In this document: piece after piece, positions 24,382-37,220 of the stretch
Position numbering within the stretch: the first letter of the stretch is position 1
How the letters are laid out: each line of letters begins with the position of its first letter
NCBI RefSeq assembly: GCF_006345805.1
Contig: NC_043014.1
Coordinates: 52,948,001-53,012,000 of the forward strand
Direction of reading: 5' to 3'
DNA: 64,000 nucleotides
Source of the DNA: Octopus sinensis
Taxonomy: Eukaryota
The notes under the pieces: model-generated
Seen by the model: the letters and a program-made list of their open reading frames with translations, nothing else
The model's database searches: none
Told to the model about the DNA's origin: nothing
Program-made: the position numbers and the translations under genes

Positions 24382-25116
24382 CTGTGAAAAGGGGTTATAT
24401 AAGCAGATGGAGGGGCCTGTGTGACCCAAGAGTTGAATTGTTCACTTATTGGTCACCCCTCTATATCCCAAGTTCAAATCATACCATGGCAAAACATTGT
24501 CTTCCATGGGACCTCTACATGGTTACTGAACCTGTTAAAGGTAGCAGCTAAATCTCCCTTAAACCACCTGACAATTTTTAAAGATGGATATCCACATTGA
24601 GTACTGCAGTCTTAGATACACTAATAAAAGGTGGGATGGTCACAGCTGGATAGCCTCTCATCTGATCTGAGTAAACAACAACAGACAGCAGCTGGAGTTC
24701 ATTCAGACTCTCCTTCTTCATCACTTCTCTCTTTACAAAACAATTTGCTCTTACATCTCAGAAATAAAGCCATTTTTTCCCCATTTTATTTCTAGTGTTA
24801 TTAAAATTGGGGGGGGGGGTATACAAATATCAAAAAGAAATATAAAAGGAAAAAAAATGTACAAAGTTGCAACTTTAGATTGCAATCGTTTTGGCATTTG
24901 ATTGCCTGTTATGCGAAGTTAATGCAGTTTCTGTTTTTTTTTTATGTTGGTGATTGTTGTTATGGAAGCCTCCTGCCCCCTCCTCCCCCTCACCTTCGCT
25001 GTTACAGTTTTTGCCTGCAAAAGTCTTTGGAATGAATGGAAGAGGAAATGGAACGCTTCTGAATGTTTCATTGGTTTTATTGGTGATGGAGGGAAATTGT
25101 CAATCAGGGGACCGTG

Positions 25117-25161
<45 letters not shown>

Positions 25162-26028
25162 CAGAGAGATGGGAAGGAAGCAACAGTGGTGGGGGGGGAA
25201 CAAGAGCAGTGAAAGAAAGGGAAGAGAAGGGGGGAGGTGTAGCCACCTCTCAGTAAGTTTATGTAATGAAGAAAGTGAGAAAGGAATTAAGAAGGAGGAG
25301 CTTCACGAAATTGAGGAGGAGGATGCGAGGAGGAGGTGGGTGGGAGAGTAGAGGGATGCAGTGAAATTGGAAAGAGAATCAAAACAAGAAGAGGCGGGAA
25401 AGGAGGAGCAAGAGGTAGAAAGAGTGGGAGTGAATGAGGTTAGAAGACAAAACTATTTCTGATTAGCAAAAAGAAATCCACCAAAAAAAGTAAAAAACAA
25501 AAAACAAAAACAAAAGCAAGACTTAGTGGTTGTTGTTGTAGTTTAGCCCAAGGTCAACTCTAATCAACCAGATCTACGATCAAAGACAAACCAGTCATGA
25601 GCGTTTAGTCTCTCTCGTTTGTTTTCTTCCTTTTTTTTTGGTTTTAAATATATCTGAGAATACATTAACCCAAGTATCCTTCCTTTTTCAAGACAGTAGT
25701 ATGTTGAGGGAGATTTGGGCTGCTATTTCTAGCAGCATCACTCTAATGGCTCATAACACCCTAACAGAACCTTTATCCAGCCTATGTTGTAGTTATCATA
25801 ACCATCTACAAGTTTTCTGGTTTATCTCCATCTATATAATTCTTTGTCTCTCTCTGTCTGTCTGTTCCCTATGCATTCTCAAACGGTTTGACCAAATCAA
25901 ATCAAATCTTTCAACATAATAAGATCAGACCCCATGAATGTCAACATGTAATTTTTTTTACATTTGGATTAAAATGATATGACATTGGCACTGGTTCCGT
26001 ATTACATGTCAAAAGTGAAAGAATAACA

Positions 26029-27199
26029 TCTATATTGTAATGTGATATAATACTGTTCCACTCTTATTCTTTCACTTTTAATTCTGTGATAACATTAAGA
26101 TCATACGAATAATCCATATCTTAATATGAACAACATTATGCATTGGCAACTTTCTGACTTTACAGCCATGACAGCGGAATGGTGTGTCAGTGTATGCCAC
26201 CAAAGAAAAGACATACTCTCTCTCTCCAGAAGCAAGTATAAAGCAAGGAGGATTGTAGAAAACTGAAGGCGAGAGTCTCAAGACAGAAGGGAGATGAGAT
26301 TTCTCAAGATCAGCAAATGCATGCTGCAGAACATCAAATGGCATCTCTAGAGAGAAGGGAGATGAGACTTTCCCAAAATCAGAAAATACATAATGCTGAA
26401 TCATTAGATTAGACAGAGTGACCCATAGAACAGCTCTCAGAAACAGACTAAGTACAAATTCATTCTTCACAATTCCTGGAGCTGCTTTCAGATATGATCC
26501 ATCCCATTCTTATAAAAATGATCATTCTGTCCAAACTGGTATACTAAACTCAAATTGTCAAATTTTAAAATTTCCAAATGAACCTAATGGCATGTGCTGC
26601 TCAGGTGGTCAGGTAACATTGCCAGCACTACCAACTCGTCATCAACCTGTTCTGCATCTTCTGGAAGGCACTTCCATTCAATCAAAGGATTTTCTGAACA
26701 ATATCAGACAATACAACTCTGCATTTCAAATGACATCGTTTGGTGCATCTAAGGAGAGAGTTGACCATGAATTTACACTGACGTTCAAAGTTCAAGGGCA
26801 AGTCTATCACCTCACTGGTTCCCCGTTACCCAAAAATGAACAACCACAGTTCCTCCAAACTTACTTTATGGGTCACGTAGGACAACAAACCAGAAAGAAG
26901 TGTCAAAACTTCAGAGGATAGGTTGTGTTAGAAGCAAAGGAGAGTATCCCACTAACAGCTTTGCAGTGTGTTCAAAAATCACAAACCCACCAACCCCAAT
27001 TTTCCATGACAGGTTAAGGCCTGGAATACTCCAAATGCACATGACATGGCGCTCAGTCGAATTAACCAAATATTTACTCCACAAATGTTTTATTGCCAAT
27101 GCTGCACTTTTCTGTATCACCTGTTTCACCACAACTGTAATATATATAAATACAAACTATGCCATTTTAATCCCGAGCAACGCCGGGTATCTTTGCTAG
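26029..27199 (+). mobile_element. Internally deleted Helitron with Rep/helicase N-terminal fragment
   Basis: 3' end: CCCG-agcaacgc-CGGG hairpin then CTAG (27196-27199) followed by T. Candidate 5' end A|TCTATATT at 26028/26029 (less certain). The internal ORF remnant is Helitron-like. Confidence 0.85.
26194..26880 (+). pseudogene. Helitron Rep-helicase N-terminal pseudogene fragment
   Basis: Starts MPPKKRH (ATG 26194) with frameshifts and stops. Then FRYDP..NCQILKFPNEPNGMCCSGGQVTLP..FLNNIRQYNSAFQMTSFGA..TFKVQGQVYHLTGS..PQFLQTYFMG, the conserved stretch upstream of the Helitron Rep domain. The HUH and PIF1 helicase motifs are absent. Confidence 0.9.
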
Positions 27200-27619
27200 T
27201 AATATTATAAATGAAAGACATAATTATTCACTATATTGAAACTATTCTAAAGACAATAAGGTGAAGTTTGGGAGGAGATTTGGCCGTTATGTTTAGCAGA
27301 TCCAGCAACCATGTGAGGGTTTCCTCATTTAATTGTTGTGGTCTTAACTGGAATGGACAGACAGATGGGTTAACGAGGGAGCTTTCACATGATCATTAGA
27401 AGTGCTACAAACAACAGCCAAATCTTCCTCAAATTGCATCCAACTAACTTTAAAAGAAATGTAGTCTTGGGTTTGCTGTACATTGCAAAAAGATGGGATG
27501 GTCACAGCTGGAATGTCTTTGATCATAAGTTTGCTTGATCTGGACTGACTGGTGACTAAACAATAAGCTGGTGGAAAGAGTAGACAACATACAATTAACC
27601 AAGACCAGACAACATACAA

Positions 27620-27756
27620 TTAACCCTTTTGACAGCAATCCTCTTAAGGCCTCACCTGATTCGAGGATATAAATTCTTTAAAATAATCGAAATAAAAACC
27701 TTTCATCAAAACTTCGTTTTGATTTATATTTCAAACAAACATCAAAGGAAGGTTAA
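27620..27756. mobile_element. TTAA-flanked piggyBac-type MITE, degenerate
   Basis: TTAACCCTTTTGA...TCAAAGGAAGGTTAA termini; internal aaaacctttcatcaaa is shared with 31977-32205. Confidence 0.6.
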
Positions 27757-27839
27757 CTGGGAAGATAGTTTTTGTGCAGGGCAGATGCACAGGGGCAATA
27801 AACACTGAAGATGTACAGAAAACAGATTCCATCATACGC

Positions 27840-28313
27840 CAGGGGGTAAAACTAGAAGTAGTACCCCTTCAATCATCAGGCAATATGCTGTGCTTGAGAA
27901 GAACTGTTGAGCCAAGTGAAATTGTAGTCTTGGCCAATGCCAGTGTCGCCTGACTGGCACATAAATGTTCCATTCAAGCGTAGCCAATGTCAGTGCTGCC
28001 TGGCTGGTTCCTGTGCCACTGGCATGTAAAAAGTACCATTGGAGCATGGCCAATGCCAGTGCTGCCTGACAGACACATAAAAAGCACCATTCAAGCGTGG
28101 TCGGTGTCAGTGCTGCCTGACTGGCTCCCATGATGGTGGCATGTAAAAAGCACCCACTACACTCTCAGAGTGGTTGGCATTAGGATGGGCATCTAGCTGT
28201 AGAAACCTTGCCAGATTAGATTGGGGCCTGGTGCAGCCGCCTGGCTTGCCAACTCTCAATCAAACTGTCCAACCCGTGCCAGCATGGAAAGCGGATGTTA
28301 AACAATGATGATG
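27840..28313 (+). mobile_element. RTE-LINE 3' UTR with tandem units and (GAT)n tail
   Basis: Repeated gccaatgccagtgctgcctgactggc / ggcatgtaaaaagcacc units followed by the conserved tail. Confidence 0.85.
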
Positions 28314-29238
28314 AAACAATAATAATGAAGTCATATTAATAAACAAGCCTCAAAGATACACAAACTTAACTCCACCTCATCATTTATTATTTCATGTCAA
28401 AACTGATTGCAACAACTGCTGCAGTGAAATTGCATCACTTAGCAACTGGTGCAGCAAACTGTGAAACCAAAGAACTGCTCAAGTGAAGTGAAATGGTTTT
28501 TGTGTGCTTTTAAATGACAAATATGTAAAAGTTTTTCGTTTCAACACAGGATCTCAGATGAAATTACTTGCAAATACTTCTTCAAAACATTTCAATAAAT
28601 TCTTCATTATTTTCAAAATTAAAATAAAAGCAATGTTATTTCAACAAAAATATGATGACAAAAGGGTTTCGCTATTGAATGCCAGGATGGTCCCCAACCG
28701 GACAGTTGTGCAGCATGTCCATTTCCTTTCCTCTACCTCACGTCCTATGCAACGTTCAGCTGGGATTTTCAGGGGATTGGTATCACAAACGTTAAATACA
28801 ATTCATATACATGTATATACAAAGAAAACTTTTTGCATTTTTACCACAGAAAATACTCATAAATTCTGTAAATTCAGAAATCCTAGTAAGCAAGATCTGT
28901 GCGTGTGTGTGTCTGTTGCCGTTGAGGAAGTAAAATCATAATATTTGGTAGAGCAGCAGAAGAATTAAGAACTGAGGGAGCTGAAAGAAAACTGTCTGTT
29001 AAAAGTAGGCAGTGTGTGTGTGTGTGTGTATGTGTGGTGCTTTTAAGAAATTCACATTGGAATCATAGGGTTCTAGGTTCAATCCAGCAGCAGAGTATTT
29101 TAGTGATTAGGGCTGAGTACCTTAGAACGTGTTTGGGTGTATGCAAGTGCTACATGTGAAACTTGTTAAGAGGAGATTGTGTAGAGGCCCATCAATTGGG
29201 CTACAGAAGACTGTTCTGAGGTGGTGGTCAGCAGAAAA

Positions 29239-29392
29239 ATGAGGACATTTGACAGGCAATCATTCAATGAAAAAAGAATGGTTAAGAAACTTACCTAAGG
29301 AATATGACCTGGCCATACGGTACAAAAACTACATACATAAACATATATATACATACACGTATAATGTGAAATAATAATAACAGAGTTAGGAA
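29239..29392 (+). repeat. Left arm of a 154-bp inverted repeat
   Basis: Reverse complement of 30040-30193 with about 3 mismatches (by-eye alignment). Confidence 0.95.
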
Positions 29393-30039
29393 TTAAGACT
29401 ACAATTCCCTGTTTAAGTTCCCTATTTAACCACCATCAGTGGATCTATTTGTCTTCCCTGGTTTTGTCTTCCACTTTTATAAAAGGATTATTTGCTTCCC
29501 AGTCTTTTGGGCTTTTCTTTCAATTCGGAGACCAAATTCGCCAACAAAAGCTGTTCTTTATTCTCAACTTTCCACTTAAAGTTTGTTTTCATTCTCTTTT
29601 TTTTATTCTTTAGTTTCTTTTCTTTTGTAACTGTGCTCTTGCATATGTGTTTGTAAGTGTGTGTGTGTGTGTGTATATATACACACAATGCTTGTTTGAA
29701 TTGTCAAATGTTTAAACAACAAAACAGGATGGCTGCTGTCATGTCATAAACAGGAGACAATGGGCTGATTTAACTCCACATAGAATCAGAGGGTTTCCAA
29801 AGCAGTGGTCAGAGCTATTTCTCTGACCCACATCTATTCTCTGAAACAAGTCTGTGCAGCTCAGGAACACTGCGAAAACAAGAGAGATCCTTATTGTTTT
29901 AGTACCGGCCAATCTGAGACCACCCTTGGTTGTGTCTCATGAAATCGAAAATTTTAACAAGTTTGTGTCACAATTAAATAAAATTGCTTGTTGTTTTATA
30001 TTAGAACAATGCTTTTTTTTTACTAAGTTATGTCAAATG

Positions 30040-30193
30040 TTCCTAATTCCGTTATTATTATTTCACATTATACGTGTATGTATATATATGTTTATGTATG
30101 TAGTTTTTGTACCGTATGGCCAGGTCATATTTCTTAGGTAAGTTTCTTAACCATTCTTTTTTCATTGAATGATTGCCTGTCAAATGTCCTCAT
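30040..30193 (-). repeat. Right arm of the 154-bp inverted repeat
   Basis: ttcctaattccgttattattatttcacattatacgtg...gaatgattgcctgtcaaatgtcctcat is the reverse complement of 29239-29392. Confidence 0.95.
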
Positions 30194-30512
30194 GCCTTAC
30201 TGGCACTTATGCCTGTGCTAGTAGGGTGTCAAGAACACCATCCAAGTGTGATTGTTGTGATCGTTGCCAGAGCAGCCGACTGGCTTCCGTACCCATGGCA
30301 CGTAAAAGGGCACCATTCGAGCGTGATCGTTATCAATGTCGCTTCACTGGCACCTGTGTCGGTGGTACATGTAAAAGATTCGAGCGAAGTCATTACCAGT
30401 ACCGCCTGACTGGCCCCTGTGCAGGCGGCACGTAAAAAGCACCCACTACACCCTCGGAGTGGTTGGCATTAGGAAGGGCATCCAGCTGTAGAAACTCTGC
30501 CAGATCAAGACT
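30194..30512 (+). mobile_element. RTE-LINE 3' UTR fragment truncated at both ends
   Basis: About 4 tandem units, then gcacccactacaccctcggagtggttggcattaggaagggcatccagctgtagaaactctgccagatc. It stops before the usual tail. Confidence 0.85.
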
Positions 30513-31027
30513 ATTTAAGTTAACCGTGGGTAGGCAAGCAAAAGTGTGATTGCATGTTTGTGTCAACTGTTGTCAAGGGGTTAAGGGAATCACTCACCGT
30601 CCTTCACAACCCCTCATTATTTAATAGATTTTCAGATGTAATCCTCTCATGTAAACACAGATTATACTCATCATTTACCCATTATGTTAAATCTATGTAA
30701 TTCCTTAATTATGATAAACCTTAAGTTACAACTTAGTTGCACTAGTAAAATATCCTTTCTACTAATACCATCCCCTCTACTAAATATTCTTTCTTAAGAT
30801 TACTTTTGCACATCCCCCTTTACAGCCACCCCATCCATATACTTTGAATTCTTTCCCATCTTCTAGCTCTGCTTCAACCAAAGCCACTTGGTACTACCTT
30901 CTACTGCCTTCTCTACCAACCTATCCCTCCCTCTATTTACTCATACATTTCTACACACCTCAGTACTCTCCCTCCACCACCAACCTACCTTAATTCTCCA
31001 AATTCACCCTTTGCCATCTTACTAGTA

Positions 31028-31413
31028 TCTCTCTATATATAAACGGCAGTTTGTCTGTGTGTGTTTCTGTGTGTCTGTTTGCTTGTACCCTCACCCTGAC
31101 CACGGCTTTCAACCGATTCTGATGAAACTTGACACACACATAGCCCAATGTCATAATTCAAAACTAACGCAGCAAAAATTTTGAAAAGTTCCCCCAGTTC
31201 TGAAAAAAAATCGATAAATTCGACATGGGGTCGAGAATCAGAAACACAAACCACAAACTGTCTAGGGGACGCAACTCCACCTTTTTTAACTCTCAAAAAA
31301 AATTTACCATCATTTTTTTTCCATTTTTTTGCTATTTTTTGGCCATAACTCTCTAAAAATGCTTTATAGTTATTTCCCTTACAAACCTGAGCAACGCCGG
31401 GCGATACTGCTAG
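31028..31413 (+). mobile_element. Non-autonomous Helitron, complete, inserted at an A|T site
   Basis: A|TCTCTCTATATATAAA 5' end and an internal GTCTGT-type microsatellite. The 3' end is CCTG-agcaacgc-CGGG hairpin + CTAG (31410-31413)|T. Confidence 0.9.
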
Positions 31414-31976
31414 TCTGTAACTAAACCCTTTTCCCCCCCACTTTTCTCATTACTTCAATCTCCCTTAGTTCTATAACTCCAACATTCCTTTTAACATCTA
31501 TTCTCAAACCCAACAACAATGACCATCCTCCAAAAACTACCTATCCCACCCCTCCCAACTCTCACTATCCTGACCACTCACCCCTTCCATCTTCCTGAAT
31601 CACCAAACAGTTATTTAGCCACCTCCATCCCAGCATCTCATCTGCTTACTTTCTTTTCCTTTCTTATAATAAAATATTTAATTCACATGTTCTGGCTATA
31701 ATTTACTACCAAATTTACCACACCACTCTCTTCTTTCTTTCTCTCTCTTATTCACGCACACACAAAACACACACCTTACATCCAGCTTGCTGCACATGTG
31801 TATGGGTACACCAATCTTTTTTGTTAACCTAAGATCTAAGTAGAAGACACTTGCCCAAGGTGTCACATAGTGGGACTGAACATGGGACCAAGTGGTTGAG
31901 AAACAAGCTTCTTAACTACACAGCCATGACATTGAATAGGAAAACAAAAGTAAAGTATTTTCCAAATGTTTAGTCT

Positions 31977-32205
31977 TTAACCTTTTCGTTACCAACCCGG
32001 CTAAAACCGGCTCTGGTTCTTTAGTACAAATGTCTGGTTTTCAAAAGTTCTGAATTAAAACCTTCCACCAAACCTTAGTCACAATTTATGTCCCTAACTC
32101 TAGCTTAATGATTACGATGTTATTTTACTTAATTCTTTGTTATATTTAACATAATTGGAAGAAACACTGAGCATCTCAAAATAAATTCAGTAACGAAAGG
32201 GTTAA
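31977..32205. mobile_element. piggyBac-type MITE with TTAA target-site duplication
   Basis: TTAACCTTTTCGTTAC (31977-31992) and GTAACGAAAGGGTTAA (32190-32205) are inverted, with 1 mismatch in 16; there is no coding capacity. Confidence 0.85.
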
Positions 32206-34374
32206 ACAAATATTTCTAAAACTGTCCATGTAGAGTATGACTGAAGGTGGGGGTTGATACAGAAATGTTGCTGGTCGTTTGGTGGGACTGTTTGGTGGGG
32301 CTGTTGCATGTGTATGACATTGACTCAGCTTCACCAATTCCACAGACTCCCATTATTCTATTCCTTCAAAACCAAAACAATTGTGAAAGGAGGGTGGGGA
32401 GCAGATGCTGCTATTCCAACAATTAACTGAACAGCTTAATTGGGGAAGAGCTGCTGGGTGTGGATGGAGATGCCTCAATCACAGATTCGTACTTTATTCA
32501 TCTGAACAATGCCACTTTGTTGGGGGGGGGGAGAAAAGAGGAAATTGTTATAATGTCACAGGGTCGACCAGCCAGCTTTCAATGATATCATTCATCCTTT
32601 TTAGGGGATTCTATGCACTAGAAACAGCAATGAAATCCCTCTACTGCATTAAATAAAGAAACACATTGCATAATGTAGTCTGAGATATGCTGCATGACAA
32701 AACAAGAACAAAAAAAAAACCCAGCCAGATGGCCATATCTGGAATGCCTTTTGAACATAAGACTGCTTGAGAAGAGAAGAGTTAAGGTCAAACAACAATC
32801 CAAATTTGGGGGTGTCTTTACCTCATTTTCTTCTGTTGCCAACCTCCTCTTCCTCCTCAACTTGTCTTGGAGACTCAGCAAAATATTCTAAAAATATTTT
32901 GGTCTCTTTTGTTTGTTTTTATTGAGTATCCTTTCATGAAGCAGGGTTTATTATTAACTTCAGTTTTCTGCAAACATCAATGACATGAAATGGTGAGGAG
33001 CAGAATTGGTGGAGCAAAATAAAATAAACCTTGTGAAGGTTGATTTCTGCTTTTTGACATTTTGAATTCAAATCCCATCACAAGTGGCTTTTGCCTTTCT
33101 TGCATTCAAAGTCAAAGATTACAATTCTTATTTTGGTACAAGGCAAACACACCAACACCAGTACATGACTGGTACCTTATTGATTTCAGGAGGATGAAAG
33201 GCAGAGTCCACCTTGGTGGGATTTGAACTCAGAACATAAAGAATCAGAAGAAAAACCATTCAGCATTTTTGCCCAGCACATTAACAATTCTGCCAGCTTT
33301 CCACCTTTGATCAAGAATATTACAACTGTTGTTATTTAACCCTAGGCCACGCAACAACAACAGGCTTATGATCAACAATGTTCTAGTAGTAACCATCCAA
33401 TCATTTCAGGCATAGTGTATCTAAGACTACACCATACAATATGTTGCTCGTTTTTGTAAAACAATAAAGTGTGATTTGAGGTAGATTTGACTGCTATTTC
33501 TAGAAGACCAAACAACCTAATAGATGCTCCTTTGTTGACTCAAATAAGTATCAGTCAGATACTGGGGTTGGTATAATTGGCTTTAGAGTTAAGGGTAATG
33601 TTCCAGCATGGCCACAGACCACCAACAAAAGTCAGTAAAAAGGAAATAAGTGGACAGGATCCTGGAGGGTAGGGGGCGGCGGTGTATGGGGGACAGGGAA
33701 GTGACAGAGGGGGGGGGGAGGGTATTAAATATTAAGGTATGAGGGTCAGGGTGACTGTTGTTGATCAGTCATACCTATAATCGAAGGCATTCCAGCCATG
33801 ACTATCAAGTCCAATTCTTTCAGGCACTGTGTACCTTGGGCTAAATTAACCAGTGTGTCGTTTTTGAAGCTGATATGATGTGATTTGTGAGGATTGATAG
33901 TGTGTGAGTGTGTAGGGAGTGCATTGATGTGGGAGGGAGATGATGCTGACAGTGGGGTGGAGGGCATGGATGGTGAGTATAAGGGCAATAAATCAAGAAA
34001 CAATGATGGCTGTTGGTTTGTACTGCTGGTTAAACACTTATTTAGTGATACAATATCAATGTGGTACCTTTTAACAACCAAACTGACTGAGGTTTACAAG
34101 AACCTCATCAGTAAAGGGGTCAATCAGCTGTGGCTCTTAGTACCAGTAATATAATGGGGTAGGAAACATTTGCTTAAAGTGCCTCACAGTCAGATCAGAT
34201 TTACAAATATTCAAAATGATTTTCTTGACTCAACACACAGACAGACAGACAGACAGTCGTATTAGTCAGCATTTATAAAAGACACAGCTTTTCTCAGGAA
34301 ACCATCAAGATTTTGTGAATTTTTGCCTGTCTTATTGGGAAACCAATACTCTTGCCGACAAGGGAATCTGAGCT

Positions 34375-34580
34375 AATGAAGGATTCTCTCGGTTGCTTGA
34401 ACTGGGAAAAACAACAGCCAAATCACCCTCAATTCACACTGTAGGGTCTTTAAAGTAGAAAAGGAAACATTAAACAATGTAGTCCTGTCTGAAGAAGTAA
34501 GAAAGGCAGAATGGTCACAATTGGACAGTCTTTGGGCATAGATTAGCTTGATCAAGACTGAGCTAGAACCAAACAATTAC
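34375..34580 (+). mobile_element. Representative of an abundant, old SINE-like family 4 (more than 12 decayed copies in the window)
   Basis: Shared motifs gaaa(t)aacagccaaatc(t)ccctcaaatcacac...atggtcacagctgg...ctttgatcatag...gggctaaacaacaac recur near 5.2, 5.6, 16.5, 23.6, 24.6, 25.6, 27.4, 33.4, 35.2, 37.6, 56.7 and 61.7 kb. Confidence 0.65.
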
Positions 34581-34871
34581 AGCAAAAGAGTAAAAAATAA
34601 AAGTCTCTATACTAATGATTAACCTGCTAGAAATAGCAAGAAAATACTCCCTCCATTCACACTACCTCCTTAAAAGTAGGAATTCAGGCCCTTCAAGAAC
34701 TTCTAGAAATACTATATTTGATAAAAAAAAAGTTGAAAAAACGGTGGGATAGCCACAGCTGGAGTGTCTTTTGATCATATACTCATTCATATTGGTCTGT
34801 GTGAGGCTGACAGAACTGGAAGTAAAGAAGAATCACCATGATGACAACTGTTGGTCTTTACCATCAACTGA

Positions 34872-34903
<32 letters not shown>

Positions 34904-36084
34904 TTTTATTTATTAATCACAACACAAGAAACACACACACACTGACATCCAATGCGTTGTGTGGTGAGACTGTCAAGTGTTGCTATGTAAACCTCTTCGC
35001 TTGATCAATAGATTTCCTATGAATAGCAATCAAAATTACATTAAGACTATTGTGTGTGTGTGTGTGTGTGCACATGTGATGGTGTCTATTGTGTGTGAGT
35101 ACGTGTGCCTGTTGCATGTATGTGTGTGTGTGTCTTTACAGTATTGTTCAAGCTGTTGCTGTTTTAGCCCCAAGTTATTCCTGATCAAGCAGACTTATGA
35201 TCAAAGCCTTTCCAACCCTGACCATCCTACATTATCCAATATTTTCTTCCTTTTTAGTGGGGGGGGGGACCAGTAAGTTGTGATTTGAAGGAAGTTTGAC
35301 TTCTATTACAAGCAGACTGTAGTGATCCCACTGAGGTTCCCTTTATCTTTAATTTATCCCTGGTTGAGCTGACCTAAGACCCTAACCCTAACCACGACAA
35401 TCGCAAATTATGTTCTTCCTCTTTGAGGTGTGATTAAAGGGAAATGTGGCTGATTCTAACAGACTGACTCAAAGAATAACCGTGGAGATTATGTTGTTGA
35501 TTAGCTTCAAGTTGGCTCTAATCAGACATTCGGTCAAAGACAATCTAGCCATGACCAAACCATTTTTTCGAGACATACAACATGCAACAAGGACTGCATT
35601 ATCTAATATGTCCATTCTTCTCCTCAAGATCCGAAGATATGATTAAAGAGAAAATTTGGCCGCTATTTCTAGCATATCAAGTGATCACTTAAAGGCGACC
35701 TGTTCAGTTCCTGGAACAGTTTCTGGTATAATTAGTTACCATTACAACAAGAATTGCGAGTATTTCCTTTTTTTTCTTCTTTCTATCATACAACGGTTAG
35801 CTTCAGTGTGTGGACTGTGGCCATGCTGGTGCTCACCACTTCCGCCCTCAACGGTGGAAGTTCCTTCCAGCAGTTACTTTAATCACAAAAGGTAACGGAA
35901 AATAATTGGCGAAGGGAGATAACTCGGTCAAACGTAAAGAACGTCAAGTGATTTTTGTTTATGCAACAACTCTTGACACACACACACACATATCTATACA
36001 GACAATGTATACTCATATACATACATTATATATACACATACACATACCTGACTATGACTATGGGCTTACACCTATAAAGTCTCT

Positions 36085-36340
36085 CTGAGGCACAATTCTA
36101 GGCAAGGTTGTTTATAAAGGACCAGAATGGATACCAGCCCCTCCCTCCATGCCAAGGGAAAGGCAAAGGGGCCAATATAGCGTGGCACCAGTGACGTCAC
36201 AACTCATTTCTACAAGCTGAGTGAACTGGAGCCAAGTGAAATAAACTGTTTTGCTCAGGAACACAATACACAGCCTGGTCCGGGAATCGAACTCACTATT
36301 TCATGATTGTGAGCTCTAACCATTGAGCCATGTGCCTTCA
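36085..36340 (-). mobile_element. SINE family 2
   Basis: Homologous to 4629-4970: ggcaccagtgacgtcacaactcatttctac..gctgagtgaactggag..gagccatgtgccttca. Confidence 0.85.
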
Positions 36341-36343
36341 TTT

Positions 36344-36392
<49 letters not shown>

Positions 36393-36720
36393 TTGCACAC
36401 ATTATATACATGATTACACACACACACACACACACATATATTGGTTTCAAATTTTAGCAGAAGACCAGAAATTTCGGTGGAGGTGGGTGGGGGTAAGTCA
36501 ATTACGTTGACCCCAGTATTCAACTCGTACTTATTTTATTGACCCTCAAAAGGATGAAAGGCAAAGCTGACGACAACAAAATTTGAACTCAGAAATAAAG
36601 AAGGACGAAATGTTGTTAAGTATTTTGAGCAGCAAACTAACAATTCTGTCAGCGCAATGGCTTACACATCATACATACATACAATACATACATATATGCA
36701 ATACATATATATATATATAT

Positions 36721-36793
<73 letters not shown>
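36721..36793. repeat. (GATA)n tetranucleotide microsatellite
   Basis: Directly visible. Confidence 0.97.
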
Positions 36794-36796
<3 letters not shown>

Positions 36797-37102
36797 CACC
36801 TAAAACAATCATTACTCACTTTCTCGTTGAGGTTGCACCCTATCCACCCTGATACACCTAACTTTAAATAAATGGAATACAAACCCAAGATTTTTCAGAC
36901 TCAGTTCCTTAATACAACAGGTATTATGATTTCCTTTTCCATGCCCAGCCTTACCTGTTTTCAGTGTCTTCAAGCAAAGCTACTTTATTCCGTGTCTTCG
37001 CATGTCAAACCAAAAAATTGCCAGACACTTTTTGTTCTATATGGATGACTTAAACGCCATCACAATCCAGTGTCTCTGCTAAGATATACACACACTGTGT
37101 GT

Positions 37103-37220
37103 GAATGAATGAATGAATGAATGAATGAATGAATGAATGTATGTGTGTATATGTATGGATGGGTGTATATGTATGGATGGGTGTATATGTATGGATGGGT
37201 GTATATGTATGGATGGGTGT
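37103..37220. repeat. (GAAT)n followed by an 18-bp minisatellite (gtgtatatgtatggatgg x4)
   Basis: Directly visible. Confidence 0.95.

Noticed and set aside
29239-30193. Interpretation of the 154-bp inverted repeat as a classical MITE or DNA transposon
   Set aside because: No target-site duplication or superfamily-typical terminal motif at the outer ends; kept instead as an unexplained inverted duplication.
35378-35391. CCCTAACCCTAA telomere-like motif (similar at ~49283)
   Set aside because: Only two units, which is expected by chance or decay.
36950-37080. Strong minus-strand donor ACAG|GTAAGG at ~36951
   Set aside because: All three frames upstream close within a short distance and there is no good acceptor. 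At most it is a non-coding exon.
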